32,000 nt of DNA from an uncultured archaeon (GTDB taxonomy: Archaea; Aenigmatarchaeota; Aenigmatarchaeia; GW2011-AR5; JAHLMP01), in assembly GCA_964608845.1 (NCBI GenBank), contig CAZSPP010000023.1, positions 18,061-50,060 of the forward strand. The letters are read 5' to 3'. Shown in pieces: positions 1-9,183 of this stretch. A model generated the notes under the pieces. It had not been told where the DNA came from, searched no databases, and saw only the letters and a list, made by a program, of their open reading frames with translations. The translations under genes were made by a program, and so were the position numbers. Every line of letters begins with the position of its first letter. Positions within the stretch are counted from its first letter, which is position 1.

Positions 1-987
1 GGTTTAAAAGATATTGATTTTGTTCATAAATCATTGCCTGAAATAAATTTTGATGAAATAGATACTTCTATAAAATTTTTTGGAAAAGAACTTAGCGCTC
101 CTCTAATAATATCTGGAATGACAGGTGGTACAAAAATAGCTGAAAAGATAAATAAAAATTTGGCAATTGCAGCGCAGGAATGCAAAATAGCTTTTGGTGT
201 TGGTTCTCAAAGAGCTGCTATAGAAAATCCAAAATTAGCAAAAACATATTATGTAAGAGATGTTGCTCCTGATATATTCTTGATAGGAAATCTTGGCGTA
301 GTACAATTGAACTATGGTTATGATATAGAAGAAGTAAAAAAAGCTGTTGAAATGATTAAAGCAGATGCTTTAGCTTTACATTTAAATGCGCTTCAAGAAA
401 TATTTCAACCAGAGGGAAATAAGAATTGGAAAGGGTGTTTAAAAAATATTGAATATATTTGCAAGCATGTGAGTTTTCCTATAATAGTAAAAGAAACTGG
501 AGCTGGAATAAGTAGAGAAGTTGCAAAAGATCTTGAAAGAACAAATGTATCTGCAATAGATATTTCTGGTTATGGTGGTACTTCTTGGTCTTTGATAGAA
601 AGTAAAAGAAATTTAGAATTAAAAAATAGCTCAATAATTAATTGGGGTATACCAACTGCAATAAGCTTAATAGAATGTGTAGAGGCTGTAAAAATACCTA
701 TAATAGCATCGGGTGGAATTAGAAATGGAATTGAAATTGCAAAATGCATAGCTCTTGGAGCTACTGCTGTAGGAATTGCTTTACCATTCTTAAAACCTGC
801 AACAAAAAACTATAAGCTAGTTAAAAGTAAGATTGAAAAAATTGTTAAAGAGCTAAAAATGGTTATGTTTCTTGTTGGAGCAAAAAATATAAAGGAGTTA
901 AAAAAGGTTCCTGTTGTTATTACAGGCAAAACAAAAGAATGGGCAGAAGTAAGAAAAATTGATGTTAAAAAATTCGCTAATAGGTAA
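1..987 (+). CDS. fni: Type 2 (FMN-dependent) isopentenyl-diphosphate delta-isomerase, 5' end cut by the window edge
   Basis: The frame is open from nt 1 (GLKDIDFVHKSLPE...), upstream of the TTG used by the ORF track. Carries the IDI-2 motifs ISGMTGG, GVGSQRAA, VKETGAGIS and ASGGIRNG. Confidence 0.9.
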   Translation, partial: GLKDIDFVHKSLPEINFDEIDTSIKFFGKELSAPLIISGMTGGTKIAEKINKNLAIAAQECKIAFGVGSQRAAIENPKLAKTYYVRDVAPDIFLIGNLGVVQLNYGYDIEEVKKAVEMIKADALALHLNALQEIFQPEGNKNWKGCLKNIEYICKHVSFPIIVKETGAGISREVAKDLERTNVSAIDISGYGGTSWSLIESKRNLELKNSSIINWGIPTAISLIECVEAVKIPIIASGGIRNGIEIAKCIALGATAVGIALPFLKPATKNYKLVKSKIEKIVKELKMVMFLVGAKNIKELKKVPVVITGKTKEWAEVRKIDVKKFANR

Positions 988-1185
988 TTAAGGCTTTTCA
1001 ACACTCTTATTTCTTTTCATAATTCTTGTAATATACCCAGCTATTTTGTTTCTCATCCTTTTTGTTACACCTAAATTTATTTCTGAAATAATCTTCTTGT
1101 TTTTCTCAAAGTCTGTTGTGAATTGGTGTTGTTGTATTAAATTAAAAGCTACTGTTTTTATGTCTTTTGTTCTTACTCTTCCCAT
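988..1185 (-). CDS. rps17e: 30S ribosomal protein eS17 (S17e)
   Basis: MGRVRTKDIK N-terminus, FEKNKK and RNKIAGYITR are typical of archaeal eS17. The ORF track starts two codons earlier (1191). The MG start at 1185 matches homologues better, but either is possible. Confidence 0.85.
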   Translation of the reverse strand: MGRVRTKDIKTVAFNLIQQHQFTTDFEKNKKIISEINLGVTKRMRNKIAGYITRIMKRNKSVEKP

Positions 1186-1219
1186 AACCATTTAATTATT
1201 TCAGTTAAATTTTAAATTT

Positions 1220-2173
1220 ATGGAAAATCAAAAAAAGCGTAAAGCTTATTTAGTTGAAACTCCTATTGGATATTTTGTTTTTGATGATAATGAAAAGGTA
1301 ATAATTTATAAAGATCTAAAAAGTGTTAACAAAAAAATATTAATTGAAAACGTAGAAAAACTGGGATATGTTGTTTTAGAAGATGAAATCGGAAAAAGGA
1401 TTTATAGAGAAAAAGTAAGAGATTTAGCAAAGGAGTTAAATATTGCAAAAGATGATGAAACACTAAATGAAATTCTTAAAAATTTTGGAATATATTTTAG
1501 TAAAAACAAAATGAAAATTGAAAAAGAAAAATTTTTAATAATGGTTTTTGATCTTTTAAGATCAATAGAAAAAAATATTTCTCCTATAAGAGAAAGATTT
1601 AAAGAAATAATATGGCTTTTAAAACCCGGAGCAAAATTGAAGGATGAGGATGTATATAAAATAATAAAGGAGATTGAAAATGACGCAACATATAATCAAA
1701 AGAGAGAGGAAAAACAAATCATTCTAAATATTGAAAAAATGCTCAATCAACTTATATTCACAAGAGATCTTCTTAACAATTACTCAAGAAATGAGGTAAG
1801 AAAGATTGCGCCAAACCTATCTTATGTTGCTGGTGAAGATATTGCATTAATGTTACTTTCTCATGCAGGCTCTTTAGAGAACCTTGCTAAAATGGCCTCT
1901 TCCACAATTCAAATTATTGGAAGTGAAAAAGCTTTATTCAGGCATTTAAAAAGTAAAGGTAAAGCAAAACCTCCAAAACATGGAATCATTTATAATTGTA
2001 AATATGTGAAAAATGCTCCTAAAGAGTTGAGAGGAAAGATTGCAAGAGTTGTTGCATCAAAAATATCTCTTGCTGCAAAGATTGATTTCTATTCTGGGAG
2101 GGACGAAAAAGAAAGATTAAAAAATGAATTGGAAGAAGAAATTGAAAAAATTTTAAAAAATAAAAATTATTAA
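1220..2173 (+). CDS. nop5: Nop5 (Nop56/58), C/D box sRNP core protein
   Basis: Nop domain signature: APNLSYVAGEDIALMLLSHAGSLENLAKMASSTIQIIGSEKALFRHL...PPKHGIIY. The central part is Lys/Glu-rich and coiled-coil-like. Confidence 0.9.
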   Translation: MENQKKRKAYLVETPIGYFVFDDNEKVIIYKDLKSVNKKILIENVEKLGYVVLEDEIGKRIYREKVRDLAKELNIAKDDETLNEILKNFGIYFSKNKMKIEKEKFLIMVFDLLRSIEKNISPIRERFKEIIWLLKPGAKLKDEDVYKIIKEIENDATYNQKREEKQIILNIEKMLNQLIFTRDLLNNYSRNEVRKIAPNLSYVAGEDIALMLLSHAGSLENLAKMASSTIQIIGSEKALFRHLKSKGKAKPPKHGIIYNCKYVKNAPKELRGKIARVVASKISLAAKIDFYSGRDEKERLKNELEEEIEKILKNKNY

Positions 2174-3207
2174 GCAAACAATTTCTCTTCTATTTCATAG
2201 AAAAATTTTCCTGAATGATAATCTCTTATTCCATCAACCCATTTACCATACCATCCTTCTGGACTCAAGTCCCATATCATTTCAACAAAATCTTTTGGAG
2301 TTGGAGAAACAATAATTTCATAACAAAGCCTTTTTGCATCATTCTCCAAAATTTTTCTTTCTTTGTTATCTAAACTATTAATAACTTTAATAGCTTTTGA
2401 AATTTTTGGAAACTCCTCTCTACTAAAATATTTTCCCTCATAATGTCTTTCTCTTTCAACTCTTTTTTTCACATTTCCAAAAGAAAAACCTCTTTTTTCA
2501 AGCTCATTAACTACTTCTATTTCATCCCTTCCTCCTAAAAGTCCGGCATCAAATTCATATTGGTAAGTATGAAGTTCATCAACAATAGGCCAAAGTTCTC
2601 TTTCATAATTTTTTGCATGATTAACACCATAAATTCTTTTAAGCCCTTCTCCTAATACAGCTAAATAGCTTTCGTTCGGAAAATTAAACATTCCTTTTAA
2701 ATCTCCATCTAATACCCTTTCCCTTCCAACAAAAAAGCATCTTCTTTCTATAACTCTTGGTCCACTTCCCTCAAAAAGCTTATCTCCAATTATTAAAGAA
2801 CGAGCTACTATTAGAGTATAAGGATCTTTGCATTCTTCTTCAATTTCATCATAACCTTTTTCATGCAATTGAATAGCAGAATATATAATTTCAGCTTCCT
2901 CTGAATTTAACAAACCATCAAGAATACCTTTTTCTTTAACATATTTTACAGAAGCTTCAGCGTGAGGTAGGTTTGTCTTTTCTCTTTTTATATCATGAAG
3001 AAGGCCAGCTATTTCTGCTAAACTAGCAAGATTTTCTATATCATTTAAATTTATGCCATATATCTTGGATAAATATCTTGCTCCTGTCTTAGCTCCTTTA
3101 GAAACAAAAATTAAATGATCTATATCATGAGCAAGGCTTTTTCTATCTCTGTTTCCAAGCTCTTCCTCAACAAAACTTCTTATCTCATTTATTACTTCTC
3201 TTTTCAT
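2170..3207 (-). CDS. HD-domain metal-dependent phosphohydrolase, specific function unknown
   Basis: His/Asp motifs LAHDIDH and GLLHDIKREK sit in the N-terminal half. I do not recognise the roughly 200 aa C-terminal region. ATG start; the stop overlaps the nop5 stop by 4 nt. Confidence 0.65.
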   Translation of the reverse strand: MKREVINEIRSFVEEELGNRDRKSLAHDIDHLIFVSKGAKTGARYLSKIYGINLNDIENLASLAEIAGLLHDIKREKTNLPHAEASVKYVKEKGILDGLLNSEEAEIIYSAIQLHEKGYDEIEEECKDPYTLIVARSLIIGDKLFEGSGPRVIERRCFFVGRERVLDGDLKGMFNFPNESYLAVLGEGLKRIYGVNHAKNYERELWPIVDELHTYQYEFDAGLLGGRDEIEVVNELEKRGFSFGNVKKRVERERHYEGKYFSREEFPKISKAIKVINSLDNKERKILENDAKRLCYEIIVSPTPKDFVEMIWDLSPEGWYGKWVDGIRDYHSGKFFYEIEEKLFA

Positions 3208-3296
3208 AAGAGAATTTTATAGAAAAGATTTAAATTATTTACTGGTAGTTACAAAAACTTTTAATTATAAAAAAATTATAAAGTAAAAGCTTAGAT

Positions 3297-3911
3297 ATGA
3301 AAGAAATATTTGAAAATGTATTTTTGGATGAAAACAGGAGGCTTTATACAAAATATGAAAATTCTTATAGAGAATGGGATCCTTACAGAAGCAAATTAGC
3401 TGCAGCAATAATAAACGGACTTAAAATAATGCCTATAAAGCAAGGGTCAAAAATTTTATATTTAGGAGTCTCTACAGGAACAACTTGTTCTCATATTTCA
3501 GATATCATTGGGAATAAAGGAATAATTTATGGAGTCGAATTTTCTGAAAGGGTTTTTTATCAATTTTTAGAGCTTGCTGAAAAAAGGAAAAATATTGTAC
3601 CTATACTTGCAGACGCAAGAAAATATGAAGAATATTATTGGGTTGAGATGGTTGATATTGTTTATTGCGATTTAGCTCAGCCAGATGAAATAGAAATAGC
3701 GATAAGAAATTCTAATATTTTTTTAAAGAAAAATGGTTATCTTATGATTGCTATAAAGGCCAGAAGTATTGATGTCACCAAAGAACCTGAGGAAATATTT
3801 GAAGAGAGCATAGAAAAATTAAAAAATTCTGGATTTGAAATAAAAGAAGTTATAATCTTAGAGCCATATGAAGAAGGGCATGCAATGGTAATATCACAAA
3901 AAATCTCATAG
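3297..3911 (+). CDS. flpA: Fibrillarin, rRNA/tRNA 2'-O-methyltransferase of the C/D sRNP
   Basis: YREWDPYRSKLAAAI, SAM-binding ILYLGVSTGTTCSHISDI, and GIIYGVEFS. The 204 aa length is typical of archaeal fibrillarin. Confidence 0.92.
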   Translation: MKEIFENVFLDENRRLYTKYENSYREWDPYRSKLAAAIINGLKIMPIKQGSKILYLGVSTGTTCSHISDIIGNKGIIYGVEFSERVFYQFLELAEKRKNIVPILADARKYEEYYWVEMVDIVYCDLAQPDEIEIAIRNSNIFLKKNGYLMIAIKARSIDVTKEPEEIFEESIEKLKNSGFEIKEVIILEPYEEGHAMVISQKIS

Positions 3912-5000
3912 TTTATTTTTTGACAAAATCTCTAATATCTTCTCTTTAAATAGATCGAATTCATCCTTTTTTATTGAGCCAGCGGCAGCTAATTTATGGC
4001 CTCCTGTAATTGCTGTCTTAAAATCTTTGCTTGCTTCCTTCAAAACTCTTTCAACATCTACATTTCCATTCTGATTTCTTACAGAAAATTTCACATTGTT
4101 TCTCACAACCTCCCAAACAAAAACAATCTTTTTAGGATACAATTCAGAAAGCTTTGTTGCTATTACTGATCTTAAACTATATCCTGATTTCATTTCGTAA
4201 AATATTATATCTCCAACTTCCTTTATTTCGCTTTTTATTTTTATCATCATTGCATCAATTTCTTTTTGAACTTTTTCATGATAATTCAAAAACTCTCTAT
4301 TATTCTCTATATCTTCTATTGTTTCTGCTGTTTCCAATGCCTTAACAATTCTTTCGCAAGGAATTCCATATGCTTTTAGAGATGTTATAATATCACTTAC
4401 TCTTTTGAAAGATGAATTAAAGAACGCCTGGTTTATATCTTCTTCTTTTCCAAAATATTTTTCATATATTTTTCTTCCTTCGAAGATAAGATCCATAGAA
4501 TCTCTTATATTGTAATCTCCTGCTATTCCGATTAAAGCTATCCATAGATATTTACTCATATCAGATATTTTAGATAGAAGCTTATAAGTGAGATAAGATG
4601 CTGATTGGTAAACATTATTATTAAACAGTGGGTTATAATGAATAGTTTTTTTAGAGTTTATATTATTCGATATTTGATGATGGTCTATAACTAATATTTC
4701 ACATATTCTTTCTAAGCTCTTAATAATCCTTTTTTCTTGGTCTATTGCGAGATCTAGAAATATTATTTTTGTAGGTAATGAAAGCTTTACTCTCTGAACC
4801 AATGTTTTTGTTGGCGGCATTGGTTGACTTATTATAAAATCGGAGCCTCTTTTTATCTTTTCTATTAGAAACAAGTCTAATAAAGCACAACTTGCTATTC
4901 CGTCAGCATCATTATGGAATATTGTAATGATTCCATCTTTTGGTGTGATATTATTCAAAAAATCTAGTGCCCTTTTTTCTATTTCTGATTTAATTACCAT
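3906..5000 (-). CDS. DHH/DHHA1 family phosphoesterase (NrnA/RecJ-like)
   Basis: DHH motifs FHNDADGIASCALL and VIDHHQ, plus the DHHA1 motif GGHKLAAAG near the C-terminus. Confidence 0.8.
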   Translation of the reverse strand: MVIKSEIEKRALDFLNNITPKDGIITIFHNDADGIASCALLDLFLIEKIKRGSDFIISQPMPPTKTLVQRVKLSLPTKIIFLDLAIDQEKRIIKSLERICEILVIDHHQISNNINSKKTIHYNPLFNNNVYQSASYLTYKLLSKISDMSKYLWIALIGIAGDYNIRDSMDLIFEGRKIYEKYFGKEEDINQAFFNSSFKRVSDIITSLKAYGIPCERIVKALETAETIEDIENNREFLNYHEKVQKEIDAMMIKIKSEIKEVGDIIFYEMKSGYSLRSVIATKLSELYPKKIVFVWEVVRNNVKFSVRNQNGNVDVERVLKEASKDFKTAITGGHKLAAAGSIKKDEFDLFKEKILEILSKNKL

Positions 5001-5140
5001 GTTTTTATTAATTAAAAGAAAAGTTTAAGATAATTAGAAAAATAATAAATTTTATTATCTATCGGTGGTTAAAATTAGTAAAAGTTAAATTCTGAAAAAG
5101 TTTAAATTTTATTAAAAAATAATTATCAAATAGTGATAAA

Positions 5141-5509
5141 ATGTCTTTCTTAGAAAAAACAAAAAAATGTTTTGAAGATACAAGTTCGTTGAGCTTTGCT
5201 TATGGAATAAAATTCTCATCAATAGGAGAAGAATATGACATTCTCTTAGGACCGTTTTCAGTATTATTGAGCTTATACGGCTTGGGTAAAGGTCTAGAAC
5301 TTTATAAAGAATTTAGGTCAGAAAAACTTTCGGCCTTAGAGTATATCGGAAAATTTATGCAAACTGCTCCTTTAATATCTTTACCTACTTACATTACAAG
5401 TAGAGACCTTTCATACTCCTTTTTATTTCCAATATTTTCCCTATTAGTAGGATGCAAAATTGAAAAAATTGGAAAAAGTATTAGAAAAAGGAGGAAACGA
5501 GATAAATGA
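5141..5509 (+). CDS. Hypothetical small protein with hydrophobic segments and a basic C-terminal tail
   Basis: It is the only ORF filling this gap. GTGAT lies 3 nt upstream of the ATG and a TTTAAATTTT box lies about 35 nt upstream. No recognisable motif. Confidence 0.4.
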   Translation: MSFLEKTKKCFEDTSSLSFAYGIKFSSIGEEYDILLGPFSVLLSLYGLGKGLELYKEFRSEKLSALEYIGKFMQTAPLISLPTYITSRDLSYSFLFPIFSLLVGCKIEKIGKSIRKRRKRDK

Positions 5510-6490
5510 TCACTCTAAATATATATGTCCAAAAATTCTTGTCCATATCCAAGGATCTTCTGTTCTTGCTTCTGATTTAAACCTTATCATTAGATCTAGC
5601 TTCGCATCAAGTTCATCTGCTAAATGAATTGCCATCGCTTCTGGTAATTGAGGCTCTTTTGGTGAACCAAACTCATTTCTTCCGTGATGGCTTAAGATAA
5701 TATGCTGCAATTTCAAAGATAATATCTCCGGAAAACCTTCTATTTGCTTTATTTTTTCTTGAACCATTTCATTCCCTAAAATAATATGACCCAAAAGCAT
5801 TCCTTCTCTCGAAACATCTATGCTTGTATCATACTCGAATTCCTTTATCTTTCCTATATCATGAAGTAGTGCTCCTGTTATTAATAAATCATAGTCCATT
5901 TCTGGATGTAATTCATATATTGTTGAAACAATCTTAGTAACATTTAAGGTGTGCTCAAGCAAACCGCCAAAATAATTCTGATGATAGTGCATTGCTGCTG
6001 GACTAGAACAGAATTTTTCCATAAAATTTTTATCTTGAAAAAACATATCAAGAATCTTCTTAAGATAATAATTCTTTACCTTTTCAGAAAAACTGAGTAA
6101 TTCTTCTTTCATTTTATTGATATCCTTTTTTGTAAAGCCTATGAAATCTTCCAAAAAGTACTGATCCTTATCTAAAACCTTGAAGATATTTTTCTCTTCT
6201 ATAGATATTTCTGGTTTATTTTTATACTCAGTAACAATTCCAGAGATATGGATAACGCTTCCTTTTCCAAAAGATTCATATATTTTTGTAACATTTTCTT
6301 CAGAACTACCCCAATATTTTGCGGTTATTTCTCCTGTCCTATCACTAAGCCTTATTTCAAAGTAATATCCTGCTTCATACCTTTTAGGAGGTTTTTTAAA
6401 TTTGACAGCAAACATATCATTAACTATATCTCCGGGCTTTAACTCAGAAATAAATTGTATTTTTCTTCTTTTTTCAATATTGTTCTCCAT
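5510..6490 (-). CDS. OB-fold plus HD-domain nuclease, YhaM-like 3'-5' exoribonuclease family
   Basis: The N-terminal region looks like an OB fold (YFEIRLSDRTGEITAKYWG...ISGIVTEYKNKPEISI). It is followed by HD motifs HYHQNYFGGLLEHTLNV, GALLHDIGK and LSHHG. Confidence 0.75.
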   Translation of the reverse strand: MENNIEKRRKIQFISELKPGDIVNDMFAVKFKKPPKRYEAGYYFEIRLSDRTGEITAKYWGSSEENVTKIYESFGKGSVIHISGIVTEYKNKPEISIEEKNIFKVLDKDQYFLEDFIGFTKKDINKMKEELLSFSEKVKNYYLKKILDMFFQDKNFMEKFCSSPAAMHYHQNYFGGLLEHTLNVTKIVSTIYELHPEMDYDLLITGALLHDIGKIKEFEYDTSIDVSREGMLLGHIILGNEMVQEKIKQIEGFPEILSLKLQHIILSHHGRNEFGSPKEPQLPEAMAIHLADELDAKLDLMIRFKSEARTEDPWIWTRIFGHIYLE

Positions 6491-6531
6491 AATTATAATT
6501 TAATGAAGAAATATTAAAAACGGAAAAGATT

Positions 6532-7569
6532 CTACATCTTTAATTTTCCTCTTAACTTAGCATAAATTCCATAATCAATATATTCCTTTCTTTCGATGTA
6601 ATAAGATGTTTTTGGTGCTTTGTCTCTTTTTTCAATTATTTTATCTGTAACCACAATAGAAAATGAGTCAGCTCCGGCTCCACTTCCATACGATGTAAGT
6701 AATATTTTATTACCTGGTTTTGCAATATCTAATACATAACATAATCCTAAAAGCGAAGATCCAGAATAAGCATTTCCTATCTTCTCAACAACATTTAAGC
6801 TATCTTTTATTTTTTCAAATGGAATTCCTAAAATCTTTGCGGCCCTTAAAGGAAATTTTCCGTTTGGCATATGAAATACAACATAATCAAAATCATTCAC
6901 ATTATAGCCAGTTTTTTCCAATAGCCTTTTTGTTGCTTCTATAACATGTTTAAAATATGCTGGTTCTCCTGTAAATCTTCCTGCGTGTTGAGGATATTCT
7001 TCACCTTCAGCTCTGAAAAAATCTGGGGTATCTGTAGCATAGCTTATAGTATCTTCAATTTCAGCAAGAGATTCTTCATAAGGGCCTATAATAAATGCTG
7101 CACCTCCTGCTCCTGCTGTATATTCTAAAGCATCTCCTGGTCTTGATTGAGCGCAATCCGCTCCTATTGCAAGCCCATACTTTATCATCTCTGCTTTTAC
7201 CATAGCATAGCATATTTGTATGCCTGCAGTACCTGCCTTACATGCAAATTCTAAATCGGCGCAAAATAAATCTTCAGAGGCATTTATCGCTTCTGCAACT
7301 GTTGTACCACTAGGATTAACAACATAAGGATGCGATTCTGAACCAATAAAAACTGCTTTAATTTCTTTTGGATTTATGCCTGCCCTTTTTAAAGCATTCT
7401 TTGCAGCTTCTACTGAAATTGTAATAGTATCTTCATCTATATCAGGAACGGATTTTTCTTCTACTCCCAAAGATGGTTTTTCAGCTCCCCAAACTCTTGC
7501 TATCTCTTCGACTTTTATCCTAAATCTAGGTATATAAGCACCATATCCAACGATTCCTACTCTTTTCAT
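6532..7569 (-). CDS. Hydroxymethylglutaryl-CoA synthase, archaeal type
   Basis: [26 protein letters not shown]-terminus, active-site region [10 protein letters not shown], and SYGSGAG. The ATG at 7569 is preceded by GTGAT; the ORF track used the GTG at 7578. Confidence 0.9.
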   Translation of the reverse strand: MKRVGIVGYGAYIPRFRIKVEEIARVWGAEKPSLGVEEKSVPDIDEDTITISVEAAKNALKRAGINPKEIKAVFIGSESHPYVVNPSGTTVAEAINASEDLFCADLEFACKAGTAGIQICYAMVKAEMIKYGLAIGADCAQSRPGDALEYTAGAGGAAFIIGPYEESLAEIEDTISYATDTPDFFRAEGEEYPQHAGRFTGEPAYFKHVIEATKRLLEKTGYNVNDFDYVVFHMPNGKFPLRAAKILGIPFEKIKDSLNVVEKIGNAYSGSSLLGLCYVLDIAKPGNKILLTSYGSGAGADSFSIVVTDKIIEKRDKAPKTSYYIERKEYIDYGIYAKLRGKLKM

Positions 7570-7681
7570 TTTAATCACAAATGTTACTACATTATGATAA
7601 AGAATTTAAAGCTTTTAATAAAATTATTAAAATGTCGAATTTTTTGTAAGATATTTATTGATCTACAAAAAATTAAATAAA

Positions 7682-8140
7682 ATGAAGAAATTTAAATCGC
7701 TATTAATTTTATTTTTAGTTTGTCTGGGTGTTTCATTATTTTTATATTTCAAATTTTTATCAAACAAGTGTGAAACAAAAACAAAAATTGTTACTAAAGT
7801 TATAGATGGTGATACAATAATAGTAGAGGGTAGCAAAAAGATAAGACTTCTTGGAATAGATGCTGATGAAAAAGGGTATCCTTGCTATTATTCTGCAAAA
7901 GAAGCATTGGAAGAAAAGATTTTAAACAAGAGGGTTAGATTGGAATGTGATTTAAAAGATAAAGATATTTATGGAAGATATTTAAGATATGTTTTTGTTG
8001 ATAATGAAAATATAAATGTATGGATGGTTAGAAATGGCTTTGCAATAGCAAGGACTGAGGATGCGAAAAAATATGAAAAAGAAATAATAGAAGCTGAAAA
8101 ATATGCGAAAGAAAATAATATTGGATGTAAATGGAAATAA
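7682..8140 (+). CDS. Membrane-anchored or secreted staphylococcal-nuclease-like (SNase/thermonuclease) protein
   Basis: N-terminal hydrophobic helix LLILFLVCLGVSLFLYF, then SNase motifs VIDGDTIIVEG, IRLLGIDADE, YGRYLRYV and MVRNGFA. I chose the ATG at 7682; the ORF track used the TTG at 7658. Confidence 0.8.
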   Translation: MKKFKSLLILFLVCLGVSLFLYFKFLSNKCETKTKIVTKVIDGDTIIVEGSKKIRLLGIDADEKGYPCYYSAKEALEEKILNKRVRLECDLKDKDIYGRYLRYVFVDNENINVWMVRNGFAIARTEDAKKYEKEIIEAEKYAKENNIGCKWK

Positions 8141-8154
8141 ATTTCAAATTCTTT

Positions 8155-9132
8155 TCAACATTCATTTGCTTTTAATGGAGTTGCTTGCATTTTTGAGAAA
8201 TCGTTTTTGTCATTATCTGTATCATTGCCATTAGGACATCTTCCTGTAGAATTGTTATCATCTGGCAAAGGAGCATTATCATTTTTATTCCCATCATCAA
8301 AGCTTCCGTATGCTACTCTGTCTATAATCTCTTCTCCTCTTTTCAAAATTATTTCTCCTTCTGATTTTCCTAGTTTATCGGAGCAGTTAACTAGTAAATA
8401 TCCTTTTGCAGGTATGATTCCGAAAATTGAGCAATTATAATAAGTATTTCCTGTATCTGATCTTCTTGAAATTATTATCCATTCGTTAAGATTCATATCA
8501 AATATCTCATGATTATATAATTCAATCCATTGGGTTGCATTTGTTTCATTAAATGTGATATTTCCATCAACATAAAATTCATTTATAACTATTTTTGGTG
8601 GTAAATCAAACAATTGCTTTTTCATAGCCTCCATCTTTTCTACCCATTCCTGAAGAATTTTCTCTGTTTCTTTGCATAATAATTTCATATTTTCAAAATT
8701 TGTCCCATAATTTGTTTCGCTTATTGAGCCAAGCTCATTGGTTATTTCTATATATCCGCTTGCCATCTCACATCTTTCAATTATTTTTGAAGGTGTTTTG
8801 GATATTGATAAAATAATATCTTTTGTTTGAATTCTCCATTCTGTTTTGTTGTAATTTGTAAAAACAATAACAACCTTATCGGGAGCATATAATGTTTGTT
8901 CTATGCTATCATAGCTTATTTTTGCTTTAAACTTTCCATAAGGCGTTTGCATCTCTTTTTCAATTGATTCGGGACTTGAAAAGCTTGTTGTTTTTCCTGG
9001 TATTTCTTCTGAGATGTTAACATTAAAAAGAAGTTCTCCTGTAGGTAAATAATTCTCATCGAGCTCTGGAATAAGAAAAGGGATTGCTAATAAACTTGCT
9101 ATTATTGTTGCAAGCATTATCGGCGTCTTCAT
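8155..9132 (-). CDS. Secreted or membrane-anchored protein with a C-terminal lamin tail domain (LTD)
   Basis: N-terminal signal/anchor IMLATIIASLLAIPFLIP. LTD signature INEFYVDGN...WIELYNH...IPAKGYLLV...IIDRVAYG. The C-terminal tail is Asn/Asp-rich. Confidence 0.75.
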   Translation of the reverse strand: MKTPIMLATIIASLLAIPFLIPELDENYLPTGELLFNVNISEEIPGKTTSFSSPESIEKEMQTPYGKFKAKISYDSIEQTLYAPDKVVIVFTNYNKTEWRIQTKDIILSISKTPSKIIERCEMASGYIEITNELGSISETNYGTNFENMKLLCKETEKILQEWVEKMEAMKKQLFDLPPKIVINEFYVDGNITFNETNATQWIELYNHEIFDMNLNEWIIISRRSDTGNTYYNCSIFGIIPAKGYLLVNCSDKLGKSEGEIILKRGEEIIDRVAYGSFDDGNKNDNAPLPDDNNSTGRCPNGNDTDNDKNDFSKMQATPLKANEC

Positions 9133-9183
9133 TATTTTTTTAATTTTGTATTACATAATATAAAAAGCTTTTGGTGAAACAAA

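Noticed and set aside
3208-5140. C/D box sRNA genes near nop5 and flpA (searched the intergenic regions 3208-3296 and 5001-5140 for RUGAUGA ... CUGA on both strands).
   Set aside because: No C box (TGATGA) was found. An isolated CTGA at 5092-5095 and GTGATA at 5133-5138 are in the wrong order and spacing. GTGAT is better explained as the Shine-Dalgarno sequence of the 5141 ORF.
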